From the human T2T-CHM13v2.0 reference genome, Homo sapiens, in assembly GCF_009914755.1 (NCBI RefSeq), contig NC_060928.1: 64,000 nucleotides of DNA. The stretch is one strand, 5' to 3'. The notes under the pieces were generated by a model. The model was not told the origin of the DNA. It worked only from the letters and a program-made list of their open reading frames with translations, and did not search any database. This document shows positions 13,535 to 26,642 of the stretch, in pieces. How positions within the stretch are numbered: the first letter of the stretch is position 1; every line of letters begins with the position of its first letter. The translations under genes and the position numbers were made by a program.

Positions 13535-14175
13535 GTGAGTTGACTGAGGGAGGGCCGAGGCAGCCCCTTAGGCTACTTAAGCCTGCCCTGTGGGGCATCC
13601 CTGCGGGGGACTCTGACCAGCCTGAGTGACGCCTTCCAAAGAGCGCTCCCGGGTGGGAAATTGTCCTGGTGGAACGCCTCACCAGAGCAACAGGTAGCAG
13701 GCCCCCGCGGAGGATTAACACAGTGGCTGAACACCGGGAAGGAACTGGCACTTGGAGTCCGGACATCTGAAACTTGGTAAGACTAGTCTTCTGAACTTGC
13801 CCCACTCCACCTGAGTGGAAGCGTGGCCTGATCACCCACGGTGTGCCTGTATTGGCACCTTTGTTCTGGTTTTGACTTGCCTTGACTTGGTAAGACTAGT
13901 CTTTTGAACTTGCCCCACTCCATCTGAGTGGAAGCATGGCCTGATCACCCATGGTGTGCCTGTACTGGCACTTTTGTTCTGGTTTTGACTTGAACTGAAT
14001 TGCTGGATACTTTGGTTTTGGTTTTTGACCTGGCTTGGATTTCTGGATACTGTGATTTTGGTTTTGATTTTGGTTTGGCGTAAACAGCAAAAGTGTGTGT
14101 GTGTGCCCTTTTACCTGTTCTTTGTTTTGTGGTGTGTGTGTGTGGTGTGAGCGTGGTGTTTTGTCTCGAAAAAAC

Positions 14176-14430
14176 ATGGGTCAGGCGCAAAGTAAGCCCA
14201 CCCCACTGGAAACTATGTTAAAAACATTTCAAGAAAGGATTTAATGGAGACTATGGAGTCACTATGACTCTAGAGAAACTTAGAGCTTTGTGTGAAATAC
14301 ACTGGCCAGCATTAGAGGTGGGTTAGCCATCAGAAGGAAGCCTGGACAGGTCCCTTGTTTCAAAGGTATGGCACAAGGTAACCTGTAAGCCAAGGCACCC
14401 AGACCTGTTTCCGTACATAGACAGTTACAG
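14176..14430 (+). pseudogene. Retroviral gag matrix remnant (HERV-E-like), frameshifted and truncated
   Basis: MGQAQSKPTPLETMLK / FKKGFNGDYGVTMTLEKLRALCEIHWPALEVG*PSEGSLD; myristoylation-type MG start. Confidence 0.75.
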
Positions 14431-15257
14431 CTGGTTTTAGACCCCCTTCCCCCCTCCACAGTAGTTAAGAGAACAGCAGCATAAGCGGCTGGCAGAGGCA
14501 AGGAAAGACCAGCAGAGAGTAAAAGAGGCCACCTATACCAATTCTAAGTTAATTTAGACGAAACAAGGTCTTATTAATAGCAAAGAACAATTGAAAACCC
14601 AAACTTACAAGGTTTTCAACAAAAGTGAAGTTTGCTAAAGTTAACAGTGTAACATGTATTATGGTAACTTCTAATCTTGTGGCCTTAGACAGTCTAGTTC
14701 AAAGACATAAAGTTCGCTTTAAAAAAAAGAAATGGTTATCTTCAAAAAAACCAAAATTATAAGGAGACATAAAAATGTAAATTTTTACCTACATTAAGAG
14801 GTTAAAAAAATTATTGTTTTAAAAGTTTAAGCAAGTTTTAAAACGTTAATTGTAAAGAAAATTCTGTGTGTAAACATATTAGCTAAAGTTAAAAAGGTAT
14901 CATCCAGTTTTTCTGTGAACTGGACATTAAAAATGCAACAGGTTTTTCTTAAAGCATCAATCTGCTCTTTAACAAAAAATATAAAAGGTTAAAAAGAGTC
15001 TATAAAATCTTACATTATGGTCAAACATGAAAAATTGAATAAATATATCTACAAGATTTTATTAAAATTAAGTTTAACATTAATAACACTAATATAAAGG
15101 TAAAATTTAACTTATCTGGTATAAAAATCATACAAGAAGCGTTATTAGATATAAAATGATGTTTAGCTTCCTTTGGTCTAAAAACTAATAAAAATAGGTG
15201 CTAAAAAGACGTTCATTTTACTAGAGGATCCTAGAAGTTAAAGACTTAAAACAAACT

Positions 15258-16020
15258 TTGACAATTAAGACAGCATACCAAGATGCAAATGCCTGGTTGA
15301 AATGGATCAGATGTTCCATCTGCACGTTAAACAAAAGCAATTGTTATGCTTGTGCACATGGCAGTCCAGAGGCCCTGATTGTCCCCCTTCCACTAAGGTG
15401 GTCCTCCAGTCGACCAGGCGTGGGTTGCGTGGTAGCTCTTTTCCAGGATTCTACAGCCTGGAGTAATAAGTCATGCCAAGCTCTCTCTGCTATATCCCGA
15501 AGTCCCTGCGGGTCAGCCACTGAGGGCCATCCAGCTTCCGTCTCCCAACACTAAGTTCACTTAGTGTCTCTCATGGCAGGGAGGAGACTTAGCATTCCTT
15601 GGAGACCTGAAGGGATGCAGTGAGCTTAAGAATTTTCAAGAGCTTATCAACCAGTCAGCCCTTGTTCATCCCCGAGCGGATGTGTGGTGGTATTGCGGTG
15701 GACCTTTACTGGGCAATCTGCTGAATAACTAGGGTTGCACTTGTGCTTTAGTCCATTTGGCTATCCCTTTCACCCTGGCATTTCATCAACCAGAGGAAGG
15801 AAAAAAAAAAAAATAATAAGACATCGTAAAGCGAGAGAAGCCTCTTATAGGTCTTTCAACTCTCACATCTATTTAGATGCAATTGGAGCCCCGCAAGGAA
15901 TACCAGATCAATTTAAAGCTTGAAATCAAATAGTTACAAGATTTAAGTCAATATTTTGGTAGATGACAGTCAATAAAAATGTAGATTAGATAAACTACAT
16001 CTCTTACAACCAACAGCAAC
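15258..16020 (+). pseudogene. First env-like remnant (SU to TM start) from a different ERV1 lineage
   Basis: YQDANAWLKWIRCSICTLNKSNCYACAHGSPE; RHRKARE (degraded furin-like site); IYLDAIGAPQGIPDQFKA; NVD*INYI. Confidence 0.6.
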
Positions 16021-16039
16021 AAGCTTTTCATGAGTTTAA

Positions 16040-16590
16040 AAAAAATCTCAGGTTGGTCCCAGCCCTGAGGCTACCTGACATGACAAAACTCTTCATCACA
16101 CTCTATGTGTCAGAAAGAAAAAAAATGGCAGTTGGAGTTTTAACCCGGAATGTGGGGGCCCTGGCCAAGGCCAGTGGCCTATCTCTCAAAACAACTAGAC
16201 AGGGTTTCCATAGGCTGGCCCCCATGTCCAAGGGCCCTGGCAGCAACGGCCCTGTTAGCACATGAAGCAAATAAGCTAACTCTTAGGCAAAACCTAAACA
16301 GAAAGTCTCCCCATGCTGTGGTGATTTTAATAAATACCAAAGGACATCATTAGCTAATAAATGCTAGATTAACTAGATACCAAAGCTTGCTCTGTGAAAA
16401 TCCCCGCATAACCCTTAAAGTCTGCAACACCCTAACTCTGCCACCTTACTCCTGGCATCAGAGAGCCCAGTTAAACATAACTGTGTAAAAGTATTGGACT
16501 CAGTTTATTCTAGTAGGCCCAACCTCCGAGACCACCCTTAAACATCAGTAGACTGGGAGCTGTACGTGGATGGGAGCAGCTTCGTCAAGC
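16040..16590 (+). pseudogene. pol remnant (RT connection/tether to RNase H start)
   Basis: PALRLPDMTK..LYVSE..AVGVLT; RPVAYLSKQLD..GWPPCPRALAATALL; WELYVDGSSF. Confidence 0.8.
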
Positions 16591-16671
16591 CCTGCAAAGT
16601 GACTCTGAAGAAGATGACAAGCCCTGCTCCAGTCACACCCGGAAGCTGACTGCTCCACACACGGCCGAAAC

Positions 16672-18743
16672 ATGAGGAAACTCATCGCGGGACTCATTTT
16701 CCTTAAAATTTGGACTTGTACAATAAGGACTTCAACTGACCTTCCTCAGACTGAGAACTGTTTCCAGTATATACATGAAGTCACTGAGGTAGGACAAAAG
16801 ATTGCTACGGTCCTATTATTTTATGGTTATTGTAAGTGTACCAGGACTCTGAAAGAAACTTGTCTGTAAAATGCTATTCTATCCAAGGTATGTAGCCCAG
16901 GAAATAACCAACCTGATGCATGTTATGACCCATTTTAAGCATCCCATGATCACAGTTTTTAAAATAAAATTAAGGACTGGTCCTTTTCTAGATGACACAA
17001 GTAAGGTAATGGCTAAAACAGAAGAAAGAGGGGTCCCCAAAAATGTAACCTTAAAATTTGATGGTTGTGCTGCTATTGATAGTAAGCAGCATGGGATAGG
17101 ATGCGGTTCTCTAGATTGGAAAAAAAAGTTACACAGCAGAAAATAAGTACATCTGTCAAAAATCATATTTATGTGAGATGTGTCAATATTGGTCTTGTGT
17201 CATTTGGGCTACTTAAAAAAAAAATAAAATAAAATCCTGTTTGACTCCAAAAAGGAAAAGTCAGCCCCTCCTGCATGAGTGGGAGTTGCAGCCTTTTAAA
17301 ACTGATAATCACAAACCCCTCAGACCCAAAGTAAAATTAAAAACACATGTAACATTAGGCATTGATGGAAAAGGACTAGATCCTAGTGTAAGCATCCTAA
17401 TAGAAGGAGAGGTTCAAAAACGCTCTCCAGAACCGGTATATCAGACTTTCTATGATAAACTAAATGTGCCAGTACCTGAGATTCCAAGAAAAACTAAAAA
17501 TTTGTTTTTGCAATTAGCCGAACACGTAGCCCAGTCTCTACAAGTCACCTCATGTTATGTTTGTAGAGGGACCGTAACAGGAGATCAATGGCCATAGGAA
17601 GCCCGAGAATAGGTTCCTACAGACCCAGTTCCTGATGAATTCCCAGCCCAAAAGATCACTCTGATCATCTCTAGATTCTAAAAGTCTCAATTATTAGACA
17701 GTATTACATAGCTAAAAAAGAAAAAGGATTCATTCATCCTGTAGGGCAGCTTAGTTGTCTTGGGCAAAAGCTGCATAACAGTACCACAAAAACAGTTACA
17801 TTGTGGAGTTCCAATTACACAGAAATAAATCCATTCAGGAAATTTCCAAAGTTGCAGACTGTTTAGGCCCATCCAGAATTCCACCGGGACTGGATGGCCC
17901 CCACCGGGTTATACTGGATATGTGGACACAAAGCTTATGCTAAGCTGCCTGATCAGTGGACAGGTAGCTGTGTAATTGGCACCATTAAGCCATCTTTCTT
18001 CTTACTGTCCATAAAGACAGGTGAACTTCGGGGCTTCCCAGTCTATGCTTCCCAGAAAAAAAAAAAAAAAAAGAGAAAACGAAGCATAGCCATAGGTAAT
18101 TTAAAAAATGATAAATGGCCTCCTAAAAAAAAAAATCATACAATACTATGGACCCGCCACTTGGATACAAGATGGCTCATGGGGATATCGGACCCCCATC
18201 TACATGCTCAAGCAAATCATACGGTTACAAGCTGTTTTAGAAATTATTACTAATAAAACTGGTTAAGCCTTGACTGTTCTTGCCCGGCAAGAGACTCAGA
18301 TGAAAAATGCTATCTATCAAAATAGACTAGCTCTTGACTACTTGCTAGCAGCTGAAGGAAAAGTTTGTGAACAATTTAACCTTACTAATTACTGTCTACA
18401 CATAGATAATCAAAGGCAAGTAGTTAAAAATATAGTTAAAAATATAACAAAACTGGCACATGTAACCATGCAAGTGTGACACGGACTCAATCCAGGAGCC
18501 ATGTTTAAAAATTGGTTCCCAGCAATAAGAGGATTTAAAACTCTTATAATAAAAGTAATAATAGTAATAAGAACCTGCTTACTGCTCCCTTGTTTACTAT
18601 CTGTACTTCTTCAAATGATAAAAAGCTTCATCATCACCTTAGTTCACCAAAATGCATCAACACAAGTGTACTATATAAATCACTATCAATCTATTACACA
18701 AAGAGACATAAGCAGCAAAAATAAGAGTGAGAACTCCCACTAA
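16672..18743 (+). pseudogene. Gamma-type env pseudogene (HERV-I/E-like), multiple stops and frameshifts
   Basis: Signal-peptide-like MRKLIAGLIFLKIW; TSCYVC; APTGLYWICG; furin-type KRKR|SIAIG (~18070-18095); immunosuppressive domain YQNRLALDYLLAAEG; CX7CC-like motif degraded to CEQFNLTNYC; TM anchor IIVIRTCLLLPCLL. Confidence 0.85.
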
Positions 18744-18760
18744 TAAAAAGTGAGAGTCTC

Positions 18761-18772
18761 AAAAGGGGGGAA
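18761..18772 (+). promoter_or_regulatory. Polypurine tract
   Basis: AAAAGGGGGGAA immediately 5' of the 3' LTR TG. Confidence 0.85.
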
Positions 18773-19254
18773 TGAGGGAAGAGAGAGACCCTCTCATATT
18801 GTTTTATATTGTTTTATACTCAGTACCTGTTTTAAGAAAAAACAACAAGGAAGCAAAACCAAAGACAGGCAGCCCGGCACCAGGCCCGAAACCGGGCCTG
18901 GGTCTGCCTGGCCTAAACCCGGTAGTTAAAAATCAACTCATAACTTAGAAACCGATGTTATTCATAGATTCCAGACATCGTATAGAAGAACATTGTGGAA
19001 CTCCCTGCTCTGTTCTGTTTCTCTCTGACCACCGGTGCATGCAGCCCCTGTCACGTACCACCTGGTTGCTCAAATCAATCATGACCCTTTCATGTGAAAT
19101 CTTTAGTGTTGTGAGCCCTTAAGAGGGACAGAAATTGTGCATTCGGGGAGCTCGGATTTTAAGGCAATGGCTTGCCGATGCTCCCAGCTGAATAAAGCCC
19201 TTCCTTCTACTACTCGGTGTCTGAGAGGTTTTGTCTGCGGCTCGTCCTGCTACA
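18773..19254 (+). mobile_element. 3' LTR (LTR2/LTR2B-like)
   Basis: TGAGGGAAGAGAGAGACC...CCTGCTACA; hand count about 22 substitutions plus one 2-bp indel versus the 5' LTR. Confidence 0.92.
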
Positions 19255-22200
19255 CTATCAGCTGTGGTTGAAGGTTTCTGCAGGGAGAGTTGTGGCAATT
19301 CCAGTCTGCTCTACAGGCGGGCAGGGTGGACTCACTCAGGTAGAGTCACAGGTGTGGGTAGTTGGTTGGAAGTCTGGCTAGAGTGCAAGACAATGTTAAG
19401 AGATGAATAAATATGGGAAGGCACAGCTAGCACTCTTACAGACAGTCCATTAACATTCCTGAGTCTGTTTTCTCATTTTTAAAGTGGAAATTCCAAGAAC
19501 TATTTTGGAAATGTTGAAATGTCAGTGAAGGCACTGGCTGGGATCCAGGACCCCAAACACTCTGTCTTACCATAGTAAGAGATCCCAGTTGTGTCTTCCT
19601 ATACTCACTCTTCCTTTGGAAGTGTCCATGGTGTATGTTTGTGTCTATGCACACAAACAAGGCTGAGAAAAGGAACACACTACAACTAGATGGAACCCTA
19701 ATCCTGTTCAGCTAAGACTACACAGATTTGTGGGAATTCTGTTGCTCAGAGAAGGCAATCCTAACTTTGGGCAGGAGGCCTCTTTGGACCCTTTAACCCG
19801 GAGCCATGCTAAAATATCAGCCCTCTGATTCGCAAACTCTGATACTGGGAAAAGATAAGTCTTTTTGAGTATTAACTAGATACATGCAGTTATAAAGTAC
19901 CTAGTACAGTACCTGACATATAGTGTCTGCCATATAGTAGGTTTCTCCAAAATGTGAATGCATCCTGTCTCTATGCCTTTCTTCTCTGATTTTCCTTAAG
20001 TACTGGGCACATCATTTATAATGCTGCTTTCCCAACTTCAGATTAAGATGACCATGGGAACAGGCCCTGTGCACATAAGCAGTGACGGAGGTGGATGCTA
20101 ATTCAATTAATAGTATCCATAGGCCAGTGGGCAACCAATGAGGGGACCTGGAGCAAGAGACACTGTCCAAGTGGGTAGAGAGTAACTAGCTAAAACAATG
20201 TGTCCATCTCCCTTTTGGGCTGTAGACTGGAAAATATGGAGAGTGGTCAGTTATTAAGGGGTAGGAGGAGAGAGAGAGCGAGATGAAGAGAGAAGAGGAG
20301 GCACAAAAGTAGCAGAATAGGAGTCTGAGAGGGCATCTGAGTGAAGATAAGGTGAAGCTGGGGGCTGTGATGTAAGTGACAGTCCTTTTCCAGGAAGCAG
20401 CATATAGCTGCCCCCAACCCTGCCCAACATGCCAATGCCTGCTAGTCCAAAGCCACTTGAGTCCTGGGAGCAGCACTGCCATGTGCAAGAGCAGTAGGGG
20501 CACTGGCAGGAATGCATTCTATTCGTCTCACTGGATTAAACATTTACTGGTCCCAGATCAGATTGGCTTGTGTCAGCACCTTTGAGTGACACACAGGCCC
20601 CTCTGGCTTATGTCACTTGCATATTTGACAACTCAGCTATACTCAAGGCAGCTCCCCAAAGCCTGGTCTAACCCTCACCGGAGAGCAGGCAGCTCACACT
20701 CTGGCACTACCATGTGTTACCTGGGCCCTGAGTTAGGAAGAGAGATTGCCTGTGGTATCAGATCATGCCATGGGGATTCTGAGTCCATACCGAATGGGGT
20801 TGCTTTTCAGGATTTCATTCTGAGAAAGAATGCAAATGAAGAATATAGAATTACACTAGCAGCAAAGTAGAAGGACAGAAGGGAAGACAGGAGTCAAGTG
20901 GGTTGTCATATGATGAGGTCAGAGTGAATAGAGCCCTAACGAAACTAAGCGAGCATCAAATGGATATTTGCAAGGTCTATGTATGCATGCATTCAGATAC
21001 ATTTTATCAACTTTATTTTTAGAATATTATTTCATTAACTCTAAGTTTTGAAGGTTTTTGGGGTTTCCAAAATGGGTTACCTCTCCTAAAAACAGTTCTA
21101 CTTGATTCAAGATGCCAATTAAATGGGTACTGGAGGCAGCCATGGCCACGGACTCTCCTTTTGTTCTCTTTCTTTGTGAGCGCAGGTATAAGCTGCACTG
21201 ATCCTGACCTTTTGGCCTGAGGATGGAAGTCTTCAGTATCCGTACAACTTTACACCCAAGAGCTGGTGTAGAATGAGTTCCTCGGGCCATGGCAGGATCA
21301 CAGAGGGGTGCCTGCCACCTGCAGCCCAGCCTCAGTAAGTGCAACTGTGCAGTTGGCAGAGGGGAGGGAGCTAGGGGCACACCAACGGTTTCTGTTACTT
21401 CCTGTAGGCATAGCCCAAGTCTCAGGAAGTGGAATATACACAGGGTAGGGTGGGGTGGGGGAGGGGAGGGGAGCTGTTTCTTCCCCCACCCATTACCTAC
21501 TAGTCCAAAGCCACTTGAGCCATGGGAACAGCAATGCTAACCACAATAGCTGCAGGGACCTGGAAGGGGACTGGTGATGACATCCAACAGCAATGCTCTT
21601 TTACATTGAGATGTTGATGGACAGGAGTCCACCTAGACTTCTCTAGAGACACACATGTCAAAAAGCAGGCAAGTATAACTCTCTAAACATTCCTTGGATG
21701 CTGTATTATCACCCCCTTCCCTCACTACAATTCTGTAATCTCCACCTTGGGAGGAACAAACACGTCTTATTGCACCTTGCCCAGAAATAATATCACAGCT
21801 TATTAATTCCATCTACTCCCCACACAAGGGATAACGACTGTCCACAGAAGGGGTAAGGAAGTCTCAAGTGCCACACAGGGAATTTTCCTAGGGCCTTCCA
21901 TCATTTTAGGCCACTAGTAACTCACCTATAGCCAGTACTGTAGCAAGTTGAGAGTGTATGGATTTGGGTACCATTCATCTGTAAAAACCAAAGAAAAGAC
22001 TTGCACTTCTGGATTAATTCACAGACCTGTGGGAAGACCCTCTTGTCTCACCTGTGACTCATGACCATATTTTGAGATTCCCAAGTCCCTGGAGCCTGCT
22101 TCCTCCTGAGCAAAGAGGGTTGTCTTTATTTCAATTGGCAAGGAAAGTCCATTTGTTTGTCTCCAGTCCCGCCAGGGGCTCCACTCTCCCTCAGTTACGG

Positions 22201-24169
22201 GAGACCTCCTGAAGCAAGGCTGGAGGGAGAGGCTGTGTGGTAAGAGTGAGTTTTGAATGAGTATGGACTGAGGGCTTTACATGCACCAGGTGCTGCACAA
22301 AATAATTGAATTTAATCCTCACTCCGGCTCTGACAGGTGGTTGAGATCATATCTTTATTAAACTTAGCATTTTACAATGGGCAATTAATTGCTGGAGATG
22401 GGATTAAAATCCAGTCTTGTCCAACTCCAAAATAGTATGTCTCTCACTACCTAACCCATGCTTGCCTCTCAGTGACATCACATCTGTAACTATAGGAGTG
22501 TTTCCTTGCTATCAGATCCAAGTGAATACAATCCTTTGTACCGAGTTACCTTGAGGTAGCCAAATGTGCCAGAGTCAACTCTAGTTAGAATGAATGAGGA
22601 CATCACCCCACCTTTGGTTGCTTCAGTTCTCCAATTTAAAATAATATATGTTGGGTACCAAGAACTGATGCTCTACTGAACAATCCCAAATACTTGGAAT
22701 GACCAAAGTACTAGGCTCTTGCTCCTGGAAAACAATGATGTAAGCCAGCACTGCCTGGACTTTGGGTCTCTCCTCAGGTAGCATAAACCACACAGAGATT
22801 GTGATCATCTGCTCAGGTTTTATGCCAGCCTTGCAACAAATCTCCTTATCTTCATGGGATCTTTATCTTCACTTCTGCCTCCACACTACTGTTAGAAACA
22901 CATATACCAAGACTTGGTGGTTATGTAGTAATAATATCTTCACTCCATCGATGTTGGTTTTTTTCAAGAAAATTTATTTTAAATCTTGGCATTTCCACAG
23001 CTGCAAATCTGGGAGAACGAGCCAGCCCTTGCGGAGCTGTGTGTGTTAGCTGGATCAGGGGTGAAAGGGGGCAAGCTCAGGGTATCTTTCAACCGCTGAT
23101 AAACTCCCAGGGACCAAGGAACCTGGTCCCCACGGCTTTTTATCACTGAGATGCTAGCTCTATAATGCCATCTCCATGGTGATTTCTATGTTGAAGAAGA
23201 ACATTTGTTTCCTGCCACCAGTGAGAGACCACCTGAGTGTTCGGTTGCAGTATCTTCAACTCTCCAGGTGCATCAGTAGCATTGTCTTCTCTGGGCTTCT
23301 CTCATAGAACTCATTTTTAGCAAAGTCAAGTTTCCATATTCTAGGTAGTAACTTATCAGATGGATGATCAAAAAGATGGAAGCAAAACATTTTCATGTAC
23401 TGCATTTCAGTTATTTTCTCTGGGGTTTTATCACCCTGCGGGTGGTTGTCTCCAAAATAACAGGTGTCATTCTGCTCCATTAATCAGGTTCCCCTACCTT
23501 TATCCGGGCACTTTTCTCTTCAGCGTCTTCTTCAAGGTATTTCCAGTTGCCCACCCTGGACTGTTTCAGAATGAGGAGGACACCTGGAGGAATCTACAGG
23601 TGCATAGACCAATTTGCAAAAGAACCTGTGAGCCAACGTAGGTTGTGAGATGCATATCCCACATCCAGTTCAGCCCAGTAACTTGGGAAATGGGGGAGAG
23701 GTAGCTCTGAAGACCAGACAGTACATCTTTACCCCCATCCATGCTTGCAACTGTAAGTTGATCTTAAATCAGTACTTTTAACCAAGTCAACCTCAATCAC
23801 TGGAATAGGATACCCAGCTGAAAAACTTGGGGTCACTGAATCAATCTCTTATCTGTAAGAGATAATGACGCCTACCCAATGGGGTTCTGAAAAATATGTA
23901 ATGCCTGACATGTAGTGTATACTCACTGAATGTGGCTTTTAACCACAACCTTTATATTTTTGCCAAGAGTATCACCTTTCTGCAGCAACCCTGAGAACCT
24001 CACGCTAACCTTGTCTTAGATTGCTCATTCCTTTCCTATATTTAGACACCAAACTCCATTCATTTTCCCCTTGAAATGTTCATTCCCATGATCAAGATTT
24101 TGCTTAAACACATTTTATTTTCATGTCCAGATTATTATCTCAGCTGGAAGAATTAATAAGCAACACAGT

Positions 24170-24990
<821 letters not shown>

Positions 24991-24995
24991 AGTAA

Positions 24996-25303
<308 letters not shown>

Positions 25304-26374
25304 ATTATAGTCCCTTTCTATATAATCCTTTTTAAACTTATCTCAATCTGAATGTGGCCTCTGTTTCCTTTGGGACATTTACTGATAGTTGGTGCCTTTC
25401 GCCTGGGGACAGGTGCAACTGCTGGGAGCTGGTAGAGTAAGGCCTGTGGCATCACCATTGCCTGGGGTAGTTTGCTTATCACCTGGGTATTGAGATCCAA
25501 GGCTGCTGCAGGAGGTATCTCGGCAGGTGTTTGGTGTAAATGGGGAGAAAATTGGCAGGTGGTAGGTGATAGATGGTACATGGTGTGTTTATGAGTCAGG
25601 TGGAACAAACTGAAGACCTCTAGAAATCATTTGTGAGATGGGACAAAGCCAGAGAAACAGTTTTATAAAAGTTTTTTTTTTGTGTATTTGAAACTTTAAA
25701 GCTGACATTTTCTGAGAAACACCTATTACTTTGATGAGAAAACTGAGGGTTCAGTAAGTTATTAATTTACCCATTTAGTCATTCATTCAGAAAATACTGA
25801 GGGCGTATTATGTAACAGGCACTATATTGGGCATAAAGTGAATGAAACAAACAAAAACCCTCATGGGGCCATATTTGAACCCAAGTCGGTCTGCCTCTCA
25901 ACATAGAGTTCTTTCCACTGTCTCAAACTGCCTTCTATTAAACATTTGATAACTCTCATTTTTCCAAAACATGACATGAAGGATCAGTCCTCTGCCATTT
26001 CCTGGAACCATGGGCTACTTTTGCGTCTTTTCTTCTAGATGTGCACTTTCAGCTAAGCTTGGCAGGATCTCCAAACTCCTAAACTCTGTGTCCTGGTAAG
26101 TCATCACCAGGACTAATCACAAACGTTAATGTTGGTGCTTATTACTGAGCCGTTGGGTCTATTTTTAAGAACATAAAGAATGAAAAGATTAGCTCCCTAC
26201 AAGATCCCCCATCTGTTCAAATGGAAAAACTTCACAGAGCCCTAGGGTGCTGGGCAGCGCAGATTCCAGCTTGTGTTTTTAAGGAGTATTATTAAAAAAA
26301 AAAAAAAAAAAGGAAACAATTATTTCAGTGTCTCTCCAAATGAAAACATCTATTTCAACTCAAAGAATACTTTG

Positions 26375-26642
26375 TAGCAGTAGAATGTAGTAAGTAAGAT
26401 CACAAATTTGGGTGTCAGTAAGACTGGGTTCCAGGACTAATTCTTCATTTTAGTAGCCATGTGACTTCAGGCAATTTCCTTAGCATCTGTAAACCTTGAT
26501 TTAGCCTTCTACAATAGAGATTATCAGAGACAATCCCTACCTTGTGAGGTTTTCATGGGGACTAAATGCTATCATGCACGTTTCATACTTAGAGTAGTGC
26601 AGGTCACATAGTAAGTGCTCAATAAATATAGTCACTATTGTT
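26375..26642 (+). mobile_element. MIR SINE
   Basis: GACTGGGTTCCAGG..GTGACTTCAGGCAA..CACATAGTAAGTGCTCAATAAAT. Confidence 0.65.

Larger units (their letters stand above)
13032..19254 (+). mobile_element. Endogenous retrovirus: Harlequin/HERV-E-related mosaic provirus with two LTR2B-like LTRs
   Basis: Two near-identical ~480-bp LTRs, 4-bp TSD CTAT (13028-13031 / 19255-19258), PBS-Glu, PPT, and gag, pol and env remnants. Confidence 0.9.

Noticed and set aside
16672-18743. Possible domesticated (syncytin-like) env gene
   Set aside because: Broken by several stops and frameshifts; TM cysteine motif damaged.
23571-23637. Possible small plus-strand exon (TTTCAG|AATGAG...AAC|GTAGGT)
   Set aside because: Moderate splice signals only, no recognisable peptide, no supporting neighbouring exons.
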